Source of the DNA: the human T2T-CHM13v2.0 reference genome, Homo sapiens
Assembly (NCBI RefSeq): GCF_009914755.1
Contig: NC_060926.1
Strand: one strand, 5' to 3'
DNA: 64,000 bases
Of this stretch, positions 47,375 to 62,345 are shown in pieces. Position 1 is the first letter of the stretch. Each line of letters starts with the position of its first letter. The notes below the pieces were generated by a model, which searched no databases, had not been told where the DNA came from, and was given only the letters and a program-made list of their open reading frames with translations. The translations under genes were made by a program, and so were the position numbers.

Positions 47375-47656
47375 TCATATGTTTACTATTTAAAAGTGTC
47401 TTTGTCTGCTGTGAGAGAAAACCAAAGAGGAAACGGTGCTGTCAAGACTATTTCTTTTACATTAGCTAAAAGGATTCATTCAAAATATTTAAATAAGCCA
47501 GTCAGCCAAATAAAACTTAACTAATAGTTACTGGTTTTCAGTGGATACCTATCAATCAGGATGTGCCCAGATTCACAGCTCCTCAATGTTAAATATCATG
47601 GCCATGATAGAAAAAAGTGGAAAAATATTCCACCATGTGTGGGGCTTAAGTCAATG

Positions 47657-47682
47657 ATATATATATATATATATATATATAT
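47657..47682. repeat. (AT)13
   Basis: Read directly from the sequence. Confidence 0.95.
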
Positions 47683-50344
47683 GTAATATTTATTGAATTT
47701 AGTTTTTAAGCAAAGCTTGCCTACTTCTAACCTGAAGTGTTTTCAAAGAACAAATAATATTGATTTCTGAATTCTCAATTGAAGTATGCCATGTCAAGAT
47801 AGCATTTTAGGTATGACAGGCAACTCTTCAGTGGAAGAATTCAATTATATTTCACTCTTATTGACTTGAGATGTGAAAATCAAGAGAAACCTACTAGAAC
47901 TCGAATTTAGATATATTCTCCACATGCTGGAAAATCTTGAAAGCCAATGGCAAATTTGGCTACAGATTTCTATATATATATGCGTATATATGTAGACCTG
48001 TACACAATGTGTTGGCTGTAAGGAAAACAGAAATTCAGACTGAGTAGGAAAAAAAGCGTTCTTTCTTGCCAGTAGCCTCATCTATAGGGCATCCTAAGGA
48101 AAGAAATAGGATCAGCAGTGGAATATGCTTGGCCTTTTTACACTGGATGATCGTGTTGACTCAAAAGCTCCTTTGAGGACCAGACAGTAGCCTTACATTT
48201 CCTCTGGTATGAAAGCCCGACAATAGGGGAAGAATAAGTAAAATATAAGTGTATAATAGTTGTGTTATGCTGAAACAGAATGTATTTTCTCTTTGATTTT
48301 CAGAGAGAGGATACCCACTTGAACCATACAGCTGCCATTTTGGGCTGCAACAACGAGGCCAGTGTAGAAGGAGAATAAAGAAACTGGTGCATTTGGAGTC
48401 AGACAAAAAGTTCATTCATGGCTCTTTCAGTCTGGAAGATTCTGAAACTTTGGTAACATAGTAATTCCTAAATAAGAATAAGGCAAGTAGATTTTAATAA
48501 AGGGCAATACCAGTGATTTCAAAGAAAGAGAAATACTGCAAGGTGCTGCATCATGAAAAGCAGTCCCATGAAGAAAAAGATTCTGTCAGAGCATCCTTAT
48601 CAAAACCAGTCGTAATTGCCATTTCCTTGTAAAACAAAAGGCCCTGACTAAAGCCACTTAAAACAGATGGATTTCAACAGAGCTCGCTTAACTCTCCCTG
48701 TCATGAAGTCATGGGGGGAAAGGATAATATTTTTTAAAATCATCCCTGTTTTTTTTTTCCTTTATATTCATTCTCCATTGTGATTTTTAGCCCAGTCATT
48801 AAACAAAACTCAAATCCTGGGTTTGGTTCCAGAAAGGATCTCAAGGCTATTCCCTTTCTGATCTCTGACTGACTGCCTCAACTGTGACGGCAATGGTAAA
48901 CGGGTCGGGAGAGGACTTGAAAGGGTAAATTCACCTCTGTTTCATGTTTTCAAAAGCTTTTTGCTCTCCTTGTTGATAGAGCTTATAAACTGCCAAACAC
49001 ACACAAAAAAGTGGAAGTATCTGTAACTCCTTACAATAACACACCTTCAAGAGGGCTGTTTTGAGGCTCCCTTCTTTTTCTTTTAATTTTTTCCCTTTCT
49101 TTTTGCTATTGTCGCCCAGCTGCTTTTATAGGAAAAAAGCAGGTCAGTGTGCTGGTTGCCAGGCTTCCCTCCTCTGTCCCTTCATCTGATTCCCTTGGTG
49201 ATGGTGACTTTTCTCCTTACTTTTTTTGGTCGGTGATAGAAGAAGGAGGGGTACTTAAAGTGCTAAAACTTAAGCGAACAATTCATGCTCAGCATCTCTC
49301 TCCTCCACCCTGTCACTAGGCTTGCTCTAGGCATACAATCAACCTTAATAGAAAAATACATATATCAGTGAAAAAAAATAAGCATCATTTCTGTGCTGAA
49401 AACAAGTCAGGGTTGGGGATATTATCAGAATTTTGCCTTAAGAATGGCAGTTTCAGGTTCTTGGGTCTGACCCTTTATAAAACCCTTTCACATTTAAACC
49501 CTGTGCTACACATAAAATTTTAATGAAAAGGCTTTCAGAAATCTCAAATTATCAATATCAGCAACAATCATGGAGACTTTTTATCCACATTTTCAAGTAT
49601 ATACAATCAATATATAAATTACAGTGTGAGGTTTCCAGTTTGTTCCTTCCTACCTTTCTTCCTCCCTCTTTTCCTTCCTTTCCTTCCTTCTTTCTTCCTT
49701 TCTTTTTTCTCCCTGTTAATTTTTAGACACTAGGATCCATAGTGTAAAAAACTAAGAAAATTGGAGAAATTTTCATCTTTACCTGGAAGTAATTTTTTTT
49801 TATTTCTAATGATTAAATAGAGTATTGATCCTGCCAGTTGCATAATTTAGATTTGCTTTCAGATTGAGATATATATATATAAAACAATCATATATAGTTA
49901 TATATGTAATTGATTCTATTCTCCTTCTATTGCCTTTCTACTTACTATTTATATTGTGTCAAATCACATATTCAATCCAAGTAAGAAAATTAACATTTAG
50001 TGAAATAAATTAAGAAAATTAATAATATCTTTATTTGTTAGATATTTAATTTTAACCTATGCTTTCCAAGTCTGGATTCTATTAAGGACAAATTAATCTA
50101 AGTCCAGGAATAGTGATTTAATTACAGTTAAATTTGTACTAATTTTACCAATCTTAATACAGTTTTAACAAATATATACTGAGTAGTTATACGTGTACAG
50201 CATCATGCTAGGTTATATAGGCATTCAATTGCCTATATACATGATCCACTAAATTCTTTTTCTTGCTTAAACCAGTTCGGATTGGGTTTCTGTTATCTGA
50301 CTATTAAGTAGGAAAACAGGGCAACAGCATACATTACTCTAAAT

Positions 50345-50527
50345 CAGAGGTCCACAAAGTGTGGCTCATAGATTACAGCAGCAGTAGCATCACCTAGGAA
50401 CTTGCTAGAAATGCAAATTTTCAGGCCCCATCCCAGATCCACTGAACCAGAAACTTTTGGACAGTGGCCGAACAATCTGTTTTAACATGACCTCTTGTTT
50501 TGCACACTCAAGTCTGAGAACCATGTT
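50345..50527. mobile_element. MER5A
   Basis: caaagtgtggc...gcatcacctaggaacttgctagaaatgcaaattttcaggccccatcccagatccactgaaccagaaact...agtctgagaacca. Confidence 0.85.
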
Positions 50528-51579
50528 CTGACTCATTTGTATCTAGAAAAATGAATATAAAGCTAGACTAGATTCTTCTTTTCCATTGATGTTTCAGTCG
50601 CATTATGTAAACATCTTCAGTTGAAAATCTAGATAAGATTCAGAACAGACATCAGATTTGAATAGCCAATGAAAGGAGAGCCTGAATGTGGCAGGAAGAA
50701 GGGAAACGTTGCCAATACATCAGGTTTCCCGGACATTTACAAAGTAAAATGGAATAATTCATTTATGAAGGTGCATCTTGAAGATCAGATCGTATCTATA
50801 TCTTGGCCTGGAAGTATTTTACTTGTCTCTTCAGTTAGAGAAACTGCTGACATTCAGAAAAGCAATTGTGAGCTAAGAAAGAGTCAGACTCGGGGAGATC
50901 TTTTAAAAGTGAATAGAATCAATAGGAGAAGCCAAGGGTTCAAATATTGGAAACATAAAATATGTCACCATGAGGCCATGTGTGGGTGGCTTAATGGAGG
51001 TAAAGCCAAGAATCAGGACTGAATCAATGAAAAATTGCTTTTAAAAAAGGTCCACGTTTGGCAGGTTCTTTTGCCCTCTGAAAGCTGCTATTTGCAGTCT
51101 GAGAGAGCTTTTATCTTATCTGTGAGCAATACCACTTGAGCAACTGACATCTGTTTCCATCCAGCCAGAGAACCTCTTGTCATCAATGAACTAATGACAT
51201 AGACAGATCCAAATGACTGTCAGATCTGCCAGGAATCAGTATTTTTCAGGCTTCAGTGATCTCCTCTGTCCTGGAGAACAATTCCTGTATATTATGAGGA
51301 CTCTGACATCTTCTCTGACCACCAGTTTATTTTCTTCTCTTAATACAGAATCAACTGCATTAAGGTCATGGTAGAAACCAAAGCTAAAACAGTTATTTTA
51401 AAACATCATGATGTAAGTGCTGTAAACCTTCTTAGAATTTAAACATGCTCAGGGCATGAAAGAGAAATGATTATAACATTAAACACTATTCCAAATGAGA
51501 TTAGTACATTTTAATATGATCTAGGGACCCAGGACATATAAATATTTTAAATTGAGTCTTGAGTTTTTGAAATGATAAT

Positions 51580-51805
51580 GCAAAGTCATTAAGAACTTGG
51601 GTTTTCTGTTAGAGTCATGCTGCTTGAGATCACATCTCAAATCCTTACTTTCTAGTTATGACAGGTAACCTCTCAAACCCCAGTTTCTTTGTCTACAAAA
51701 TCCTAATAATGAAAGTAATTGCCAAGAGTCACAATGAATCAGTGAATTAACATAAACAAGCACCTTACATGTGGTCCAACACTTCATAAGAAATAATAAA
51801 TTATT
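51580..51805 (+). mobile_element. MIR
   Basis: taacctctcaaaccccagtttctttgtctacaaaat is MIR core-like. Confidence 0.65.
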
Positions 51806-52540
51806 AACAATAAAAATGTGTATGGTTATTTATGCTGTTTCATCCTTTAGACAAACTGCACCAAGATAAAAACCAAGAGGTCACAAGTTACAAATAATTT
51901 CAAAATTCCCCTTCCTTTTTCTTTAACGTAAATTATTACATACTTAAAAATAGAAAAGAACAGGTTGAGAGGACTCTAAATAATCATCCAGAGCAGTTTT
52001 ATACATTTTAGTGGCTGCCCAGAAAAGCAGAAGGACACTTTGTTAGTGTCAGGCAAAAATGAATTACATGTTCTCCCTGCTACCATCATAGCCGAGTAAG
52101 GTCCATTACTGTCTTACGATTCATGGATTCTTTTCGAAATTTAGCACATGCTAATTGAACACCCACTATGTGCTGTCACTGCACAGGCTCTAAAACTAAA
52201 CCAATGATTGTCACTTGTAATTGTCTTCAGCTAAAGTCGCAATAAGATCATTTGTCTGATAGAAGAGATTAAGTATCAACTATATTTCTGTATAAATTTT
52301 TCATTGCAGTGTCAAGTATTTTAAATGTGATCTCTGACTCCCCAAAGCACAATTTAAGGGCACTTAAAGTATCTTATAGCTTTTAGTGAACTTAACTTTC
52401 CTCCACTATACTGTACCTGAATCAAGTATAATGTCTGTGTTTTTTATATTCCCTGAAACTAGCTCAAAGCCTGTGCACAGTGGGTGCTCAATAAAACTTC
52501 TATTCCATTGAAATCTGCCTGTGAAAGCTATAAGCAAAGA

Positions 52541-52563
52541 ATATATATATATATATATATATA
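52541..52563. repeat. (AT)11
   Basis: Read directly from the sequence. Confidence 0.95.
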
Positions 52564-52735
52564 AAACTCAATGCCTAAGAACATGTTATGTTGCCTTTCT
52601 TAAGTGAGCAACTTAGTGGCCTACTTATCAACTATTCCTTCTTCTGCTGTTGCAATGGAGTCTGGATAGAGAGAACATTTAGGAAATGATCTAGAGTTCA
52701 CTAAGACTCGGTTTAATTGTTGGGTCTATCTAGGT

Positions 52736-52958
52736 CAAGCTTGTCTGCAAGCCATGGCTCTGTAGGCCACATGCGGCCCAGGACAGCTCTTGAATGCAGC
52801 CCAACACATATTCATAAACTTTCTTAAAACATTGTAAGTTTTTTTTTGTTTGTTTTTTAGCTCATCAGCTGTCATTAGTGTTGGTGTATTTTAAGTGTGG
52901 CCCAAGATAATTCTTCCTCCAATGTGGCCCAGGGTAGCCAAAAGATTGGGCAGCCCTC
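52736..52958 (-). mobile_element. MER30 hAT-Charlie element, full length
   Basis: CAAGCTTGTC...ggccacatgcggcccaggacagc...gtggcccagggtagccaaaagattgggcagccctc. 8-bp TSD atctaggt / atctatgt. Confidence 0.9.
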
Positions 52959-54047
52959 ATCTATGTAATTACCATTAAATTACTTTCTATGCTATAATTT
53001 CACTATGCAGAGACTTGAAATTACCCCATCAACTCTTATGAAAAAGAAAGAGAGAGAGAGACAGAGAGAGAAAGAGAGAGACAGAGCCAAAGAGAGACAG
53101 AAAGGCAGAAATTATGGCTATGCAAAAAAAAAAATTATTTGAAAGAATTTTTAAAAGAAAAAACAGTGCAACCTGATGCAGGATATTATTATTTTGTTTT
53201 ATAAAGAAAGAATCTAGTAATGAGCTAGATGTTTGCACCATGTCTTATCACGTGACACAAAATCATACAAGCAGGTCATTTGGCCTGAAACACCTTCTTG
53301 CTTTTCATTAATATCGACTCTTGTTTTTTTGTTTTCTTTTTTTTGACTCTGAAATACATTGCATGTTTAAGTGTTTCTTACATAATTACAAACCCTGGAC
53401 AAACAACAGTTTCATCCAGAATCAGTCATCAGTTAACTCTATAAGCAATCTTTTAACACCTGGCACATGAGTGGGTTTTAGGTGATGCTCGGCTGAGAGA
53501 AAGATATGGAAGTCTTCCTAATAAAGGGAAAACCTGGAGAGAAGATAGAGGATTTGAAGGAAAGGAGAAGGAAACCTTAGTTATTGTCACTTGTATCTAA
53601 TGGACAATTGACATTGTATTTGAAAGTATCTAGGAATTATACCTGGGTAGACAACTGGAATAGGCTACTGCTTGGGGTTTTTTTCATCCTTCTTCACTGC
53701 TTTAGCTGTGTAATCAATTTTGTAGAAGATCTCATTATCACTATCATCATTACCAACAGAAAGCAACTTTTGAGGGGCTTTTAGTGCTAAAATTTATCTT
53801 CCTATAAAATTATTTTTGTAAGACACTCAGGGAACTTAAAAACAGTTTATTAAATAATTATGCTTTCAACTGGTCACTCATAGCACTTTTTAGAGCAAAT
53901 ATATGTAAGAACAATTACACTGGACTGGTCCTGGAAGAAGCAATTAAAAGAAAAGGAACTGATATGCCATACTAAGTCATTTCACTGGTCATAGGAGAAA
54001 ATACATATATAATATTGACAAAGTAACACAACTTTACATATATTTAG

Positions 54048-54244
54048 TAGGGCTCCCAATTAAAATACAGGAAGCCCAGTTAAATTTGGATTTCTGATAA
54101 ACAACTCAGGGTATTTTAGTATAACTATGTCTCATATAAGTATAATTATCACTTACACAAAAAATATCGTTTATTTGAAATTCAAATTTAGCTGGGTGTT
54201 CTTTGTTTTATTATTTTTTAGTTTTGCTGAATCTGCCAGCCCTA
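54048..54244. mobile_element. MER53 palindromic hAT MITE
   Basis: TAGGG...CCCTA ends. cccagttaaatttgga...ataaacaa pairs with tcgtttatttgaaattcaaatttagctggg. Confidence 0.85.
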
Positions 54245-54425
54245 ATACTAAGTCATTTAATCTTCATATAATTCAATGAGGTGAATAATATTATCTTCCA
54301 GTTCTTTATAAGTTATTTGAGACATAGAGAATGAATATTTATTCTAAAGTCATACAGTTAGTGTGTGGTAAAGTTAGACAGTTTGGTTCTAAAGCCTTGT
54401 ATTAACTGCTATGCATACTGTCTCC
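54245..54425 (-). mobile_element. MIR
   Basis: tcatttaatcttcatataattcaatgaggt...aaagtcatacagttagt. Confidence 0.6.
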
Positions 54426-57400
54426 TTAGGTTACAGAAACGTTGTTTTACCTATGACAATAGTTAGACATTTTCACAAGTGTAAATGAGAATGACTTGAG
54501 AAAAGCCATATTCAATCAATGTTTCTCTTTAGTAGCACATAAAGTTTCTTTTTAGCAGACGGTGAGTTATGGTCAGACCCAACTTGAAAGACAAAAATAA
54601 TTAGGCAAGGACAGTCCTAATTTTCCAGGTCTCAAGCAGTAAAGGCAAAAATCCATAAGTCTGTTTAATCTACATTGCAGATTTGGAAACTTTTTCAAAT
54701 TCTTGACCGATAAATGTTGATTGTCAGTGAAGCAACATTAATATTAATTACTCTTTGATTCCACGTTGAAAAGAGAATAATTACACTATTCTCCTATATT
54801 CAATTTTTCCATTTTATTCTTCCTCTAGAGTGGGTGGAATTTGAAGTTTGTCACACAAAAGCAAAGAAATCAAGTGACTATTATAACCTTACTGACACTG
54901 CCTTCCACTTGCTCTCCTGCTTAATGTTTTAATTGTAATGTAGACCCCACCAGCATAAACCTACTAGGAGTATTTTTTTCAAGGACCTGGAACAGAGTAG
55001 GTGTCTGGTAAAAGGGTATTGTAAGAATAAATCACCACTACACTTAATGCTTTGCCCAAGCTTCCCAGAACAGTACTGCTAGTCTCTATTTTTCCTGTTT
55101 TTCTTTGAATGCATAAAAATAAACAAGAGTAAAGAGTATATGAACCATTTAGATAAATTAAAATTGTGTTGCCATGTGTATGTGTACATTTTTGGTTTTT
55201 GAAAGGTTTTAGAATCCGGATTACAGGAAAATCTTGCAATCTCAGCATTTCAGATTCTGCAGTATCAAGACTGACAGTGAATTATAGACAGAAACATACG
55301 AATACATTTTCATATGTTTCAAGTGACCATTCAAAACTGTACCTAGTCATGGGGTGGACACCAAGTATGGGAGGGCTTTTTATTTCTGTTTTGTTTTGTT
55401 TTGTTGCTCTTTATATTATTTTATTTAGTTTTTAGGCAGAAGCTCATTGCTTTTTTCCAGGACAAGACTAATTAATGCTTCCTTCACCACCTATGACACC
55501 GATGAAGATAGCTGTATCTTTTGTTAAAAATACCAACATAATTCTTTTCTGGTCTTCTTACAAGGAATATAACAAGGCAGGTTTTGTTATTTAGCTTAGT
55601 TTTTGTCTAAGTTTCTTCCATGTAAAGACATGATGTATAAAAAAAACATTGTTTCTGAACTTCTTACTGGCAAACAGAAAAATACAGGCATTTTACAAAA
55701 AAAAAAATCACCAATTCTAGTCACAATCAGGGAGGAAATTTAGTAACTCTTCATTACTTGCCATCATTATAGATTTATTATATCAAGCCATCTATATCTG
55801 CTGATAGATAACTATTTTTCACCTATACAAATGGAATTCCATCAGATTCAATTTAGTAATTAAGCAAACAAACATTATTGAAGACCTACATTCTAGACCT
55901 CCTATTGATTACTGTCTATACCAAAATGAATGAATGGTGTGTTTTTACTTATCAAAGTAAAAAGAATGAAAATATGCTATGCTATACACTAATACTAGTT
56001 CTAGAAAACAGAATTTCCAGGTAATTGAAATGGATTCTTACAAGGACCAAACTTAAAAATGTGTACCTATTTTGCTGTAAATATTTCTAAAATATACTAC
56101 AGAGCTTTTCCAGGCTTCTTAGAGTATGTTGTTGAATAACAGTTAATCCAATCTTGATGACTCAGGGCTATGATTTAACTCTTCTCATAGTTGTATGTAA
56201 TTTATATAATACGCCTCCTACATGTTTTCCTCTGTGGTCTTTATGATAAACTCAGAGGCTCAGATGAGGTCTACTAAAACAGTCATCTGCCCCTCTTCTA
56301 AAACAGACACTTGTGAAAGTTCTCTTGTTGGCCTCTGATATTTGACTCTGCCGGCTCAGTCATGACCTCTCACTATTTACTCCCCTAGATGTCTCCACGC
56401 TCCCTCTTCCAGTGGCTTCTGCTTGGCCTGCTTTGACTTAGAGATGAAACATCCAAGTGTGTTCGTTTGGATATAAGCTGGAATTAAATGGATCTTGAGT
56501 GACAACCTATGGGGTTCTCTCATAACGGGTTAAGTATATCTTATAATACCCGTTGTAGTTGTCCAGAAAAATTTGTGATAAATTCCTGATACGGTAACTG
56601 GTTATGAGATCTTTGGACAAGTTGTGTTACTAAAAAGCATATCACTACATTGCTATTCATAGAATATCACCAAAATGTCACAATATAATAGAAGTCAGAT
56701 ATGTCTATATATGTTTAAATGTATACTTAAAATAGATATAAGAAAGCCAAAGTTTGTCTAGATAGCTTCCCCTGCAATGGAGCAGTCATCAACCTTTGAA
56801 GGTTTTTACATAAACCCACCCATTTCAAATAAAGATATAAACATGCATATGAAAATATATACACATATATAGTACACACAAATATTTCAATATATGACAG
56901 ATATGTGATTTGAGTATACACAATTTGGAAACTTCCTAATTTTCTTCACCATAGGACTTTATCATCTGAATTAAATTAGAACTAGGGTAAAAATCTAATG
57001 TGACTCTGCCCCTGGAAATGTTAAGTACATCTAGAAGCCCTGGTTGAGCTACTGCTGAAACTAGAACAAGACTCACGACTCAGTTTTATAAGAAAAACTC
57101 AATTGTTTATAGGGTAAGAGAATATATTTCTAAACTTAAGTACTGTTTACCTTTTATTCACAACCACATATAAAGATCTTCTATTTAATAATAAATAACA
57201 ATTCTAACTGCATTTTGTTTTTAGTGTGCACAATTCTTAGTCTTAGATGTTTATCTAAAGAACAAAATGTCTTAGATCTTAACGTAGTATAATGTTTTAC
57301 ATTCTGTGAAAGGGCCTCAGCCTGCATGATGATTATTAGTGTCCGACACTTTTTACCTGAAACATGTTTGGCAACATTGACCGTGAAGCCTGGCCTGTGG

Positions 57401-58734
57401 CCTGGCCTTGTGTGCAGCTGGCTGCAAGTGTCTTACCTAAGTACTGTGATAGAGACCATTAAAGATACAAAGACTTAAAGAAACTTTCCAACTCTGGTTT
57501 TGTGATTAGTCTAAGCAAGTGTGTTTGTGCTTTCTAAATATAGAAAATGGTTTCAAGAAAGTCTGTTCCATTTTTAGTTAGCTGACGTGTATATTTCTTC
57601 AAAACCTAATAGATATTTGATGTGAAAGATATGGTCTTTGCCCTTGAGGCACTCACTTTCTCTTGAAGAAAGGAAAAAGATTAAGAAGAGAGAACAGCAG
57701 AAAGTAGCAAACAGAGATATCAATAAACATTTTGGGATATTGAAACTAACTTATTTTAGATTATTATATGTTACACATATACATATATATCTTTAGGATT
57801 CACCTTGAACAACCTTAGAAATGAGATAATTCTTATTCTATCCTTCAGATATTCCTGAATAATCAAACTGACTTGGATTCAAGTATAGAATCTGACTTTC
57901 TCAATACTTGAATTTTTCTGTAAATTTTCTATTTACATTCTATTTTACATTGCAAATGAACCCTGAAAAAATACCACTATTAATCATACCAACCTTTATC
58001 ATTATTCAGCAACACATACTGTTTGGGAAAAAAACTTCTCTACATAAAGGATCTTGGTAGTGAGAGATAAAATACTACTGTCATTTTTTAACAGCTGGTG
58101 TTAGTGTGTAGCACTGACAGCTTGCTGAATATAAACAAGAAAAATGATCTACTGTACAAACCACATACTGTTTATGTGGTTGTATATAGTGGTGACAACA
58201 AGCAGTAATTTCAAAACTACTGCATAAGATCTCATGCAATTTTCTGTGAAAAATAATGATATACAGCAAGGACATCATTTAAACTATCACTGAATAAAAG
58301 GGAGTTATTGTGAACGATTAAGGTGAAATCTCATAAAGCATTGTCATTCTAATAATAGCAATCTGATTACTTGGATTTGTAATTACTTAAGAGGAAACCA
58401 AAGTCATTGTCATAATACTCCAGGATTATTGATTTTTCTAGCAGAAAGCACTATTTTATAAGTAATACAGTGGTGGCTGCTGGTATAGGTAATGCCTATA
58501 ACTGTTTTCTAAATAAGGTTCATTCATTAATAAAGTTATGTGTTAGATTATTTCTCTTCTCTGGAGGATGAGAAGATGTGGAATAGAGAATTAGGTTTTT
58601 ACCAAAAGGTCAATATCACCAAAGTGCATTTATTGCAGAGAGGTGACAGAACAGGAGGGAACTGTTCTTTTCACTTACCACTGATTCTCTCTCTGATCCC
58701 TGGGTAATAGTCTTGTCAATTGCTTACTTGAATA

Positions 58735-59325
58735 TGTATTCATTCTTCATTTATTTATTATACCAATAAATGGTTATTGAATATTTCTCATGGGCACTAT
58801 TCTAGCTGCTGAGGATAGAACAGTGAATAAGTCAATGTACCTATTCTCATGAGAAAATAAACAAGCAGAACAGCCAATAAATTCAGATAACGCAAAGTGC
58901 AATCGAAAAATAAAACAAAGAATAACATAGAGATTAAGAGGGTAGGGAAGGGAAAAGTATTAGATAAGATTATCAGAAAATGATCTGCCTTAGGAGATCA
59001 TCTGAATTGATGCCCAAAAGATGGGTGGTGTCAGCTACAGGTAGCTGTGAAGAGGAACATTCCAGGCCTAGAGAATAGCAAATACAATGTCAATAAGACC
59101 AAAATTAACATAATAAGTTTGAGGAATAAAGAAAGTTCAGTACGCTTGGGGCACAGGAAATAAAGGGGAGAAAAGTCAGGAGAGGCAGACAGAGGCTAAA
59201 TGGATCAGGTAGTACCTTACAGGTATCAAGATGTTTGGATTTTTTTTTTTTTCTGAGTAAAGTGGGAGGCTATTAGTAAATTTTAAGCAAAGAAAGAACA
59301 TAATAAGATTTATATTTTTAAAATA
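58735..59325 (-). mobile_element. L2 relic
   Basis: attcattc...ttattgaat...gctgaggatagaacagtgaataag...gaacattccaggc...ttttaagca. Confidence 0.72.
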
Positions 59326-60947
59326 ATAATTTAGTTAAGCATTTCTACTTAGACGTGCCAGAAAAAAATAAAAAGAAACATGGGGCAAGAAGGTAGTGAA
59401 TGTATCTGCATTGGATAGATGTAGCTATAGAATGCCACTCTGTACCTGGGAGAGTTACTCTACAAATAATTAACACGTTAGGCAGATGGTAGCAAACCTA
59501 CTTCTCAAACCAAGTCATTTCCTAGTGCAAAAAGGACTTGATATTTACTATATTATCACGTTAATATTTCCTCATATAGTTCTGACTCTTTAATTTAACC
59601 TCCAAACCTGAAAGCCGTATGTCTATTTCCAGGGAGCTCCTGACATATTGAGCTTTTTCAGATAACGTATTAACATAACTTGGTCAATATCTCCTTTTCA
59701 AATTATATTACTACAGGCTAAATAGCACCAATATGAATGTTTACGGCTTCATAAAATCGACTGTGTCATGTACAATGGAAGCTATGGTTGCCTGCATATT
59801 GTAATATTATTGCATTACAGGAAGGTAATTGATTTGTTTAAAATGTTTCAACAATAAACCATTTCTCAGAAAAGATTGCTGCTTAACCAAGAGCACACCA
59901 AAGTCAATACTGAAAGACAATTCAAAGAAATTAAATTTTGATCTGTTTTGCAAAACAAACTCATCATGTTACATAAGGATGGATTAGACAATGTAAATGA
60001 TTCAGTATGGTCAAACAATTATGAACCATTTCTGTTCTGACAGATTAGGGTTTGTAATTAAAATCAAAGCCAAAGAGAATAAAAACTGTTGAATATACAG
60101 ATGTCAAAATTTTTTGTAGGGGCATCCCACAAGTGTGTGGGGTGGAGGCATTATAGATCTTACATTGACATTCCACTATACTTCATTATATTTCTTCTGT
60201 TGAAAATTGGAATTATAAGTGCTAGCCCCTGATTAGAGTGTAACAAACTAGAAAAGTCACTGTTTGTGCTGCCTATTTTATCCTGAGACTTTTACCAGTA
60301 CAGTATATTGACTAACAGATGAATCAGCTTGGGAAGAATAAATTCATAATGTTTGAAATACCTGTATTATTTCCTGTGTGAACACATAAGTATCTGTAGA
60401 GAGCTCAACTAATTGTATTGTTGGCATCTGAACATCCATTAAACAGATAATCACATCAATATCATTGGTTTTACATTTAAATAAGAACATCTGTTCAGAA
60501 ATGAAAAACAGTTTGAAAAGTTCAAGACGTAGGTATGAGTAGGATTCATTTTCTGGTGTTTTTTGGGCTCTTTCCTGCCTATCTAGTATTACATTGTATG
60601 CTGTTGCTCTTAAGCACAATCAGGCCATATTCATCAATGATTTATTACTGAACAAACATGTCCTCAGTCTAGAAAATATCAAGAACTATCTACACGTTTG
60701 AAAGACATCTTTTCTTTATTATCTCTGAGTTAGAAGTTAGAAGAGTGATTATAACGACTCACTCAAAGTCATTTTTATTTTTTTTTTCAGCATGGACAGA
60801 ATTGGTATTTCAGGAAGTATCAGAACATATATAAACAGTATTGTCATCCTCTGGTACAAGGATGGGTTGTTCATATGCAAAAATGAGTGTGCTGCTTTAC
60901 TGTCATTAATTTTCAGAATAGCTATTTGGGATTAAAAGAGAGACTCA

Positions 60948-61280
<333 letters not shown>

Positions 61281-62274
61281 TTATAAAGGTGTGGTATATC
61301 CAAAGATAGGTCATATTACGTTCACCTCAATGCCTGAACCAATTGAGCTTCCTCTCCTCCATCAGAGTCAAAGCTTGACTTATCCTCGGTCCTTTGTCTA
61401 AGACGGTAAATGTAGATTAACAAAAATTAAAATAAGAATCCAAAGCTTAATAACTGGCTAACACTTTCAATGAAAACAAAATCCAAAATAATAATTCTGT
61501 AATATGATTCTACTTTTGGAAGGTGTTGATAATTCATTAGCGTATGAAATGAATTCATTAGTTCAATAATTAATTAGTGCGTGAAAGACAACAAATTTTT
61601 ATAGAGAGAAAGCAAGCAAGCATCAGCCTTCTCCGTGTTCTTTTATAATTATATGTAGTAATATTCCAACTGCTCACATCTTTTCATGAGAACTAAATGT
61701 GGAAAGGAAGCAATCTCCATTTGGCACACAGGTGCATTTAGGTAAGTATACATTTATACATGTACTTGGTAAGCCAATTACGGATAAATGCTATTTACAA
61801 GTTTCCTAAACTGAATCAACTGAGCCCCATAGATAAGTTTACTCTCACCTGAAATTCTAAATTTTAAACAACCTAATATCGGAACCTCCTACTAAAATGA
61901 GGACACCATTAACTTATACTGTCACAAATGGCTACCGCTAAATGACTGTCTTAACACTTGAAATCTCTCCTGCTCAATATGGGGTCCATGTGGGCCATCG
62001 TCCCTGTTTCTTTTTGTTACAATGCACAGGTCTAAGGGTTTCAGTGCCTAATCACCTGCATTCCTTCATCATCAACTTACTCCATGGTTGTTGATGGCAT
62101 CCCTATCTTCACTTACCATTTGCCAAGTAAACAGATTTGATGTTTATTTCCTACCCAGATTTATGATCTAAGAGCTTCAAATGTATGTAAATATTTTTCT
62201 TCCTAAATTTTCTCATTTAACACATTATACCTGAAGGTTATAGAAACAAACAATGTTTCAAGAGTGGTTAATGA

Positions 62275-62345
62275 TTCTCTCTCTCTCTCATACACACACG
62301 AGAGAGAAGGAAAAAGAGAGAGTGTGAGAGAGAGAGAGGGGAGAA
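62275..62345. repeat. Compound (TC)n-(CA)n-(GA)n microsatellite
   Basis: Read directly from the sequence. Confidence 0.85.

Noticed and set aside
50669-51022. 117-aa ATG ORF in non-Alu sequence, and other 60-115 aa ORFs
   Set aside because: No recognisable domain or splice context, and the lengths are as expected by chance in 64 kb.
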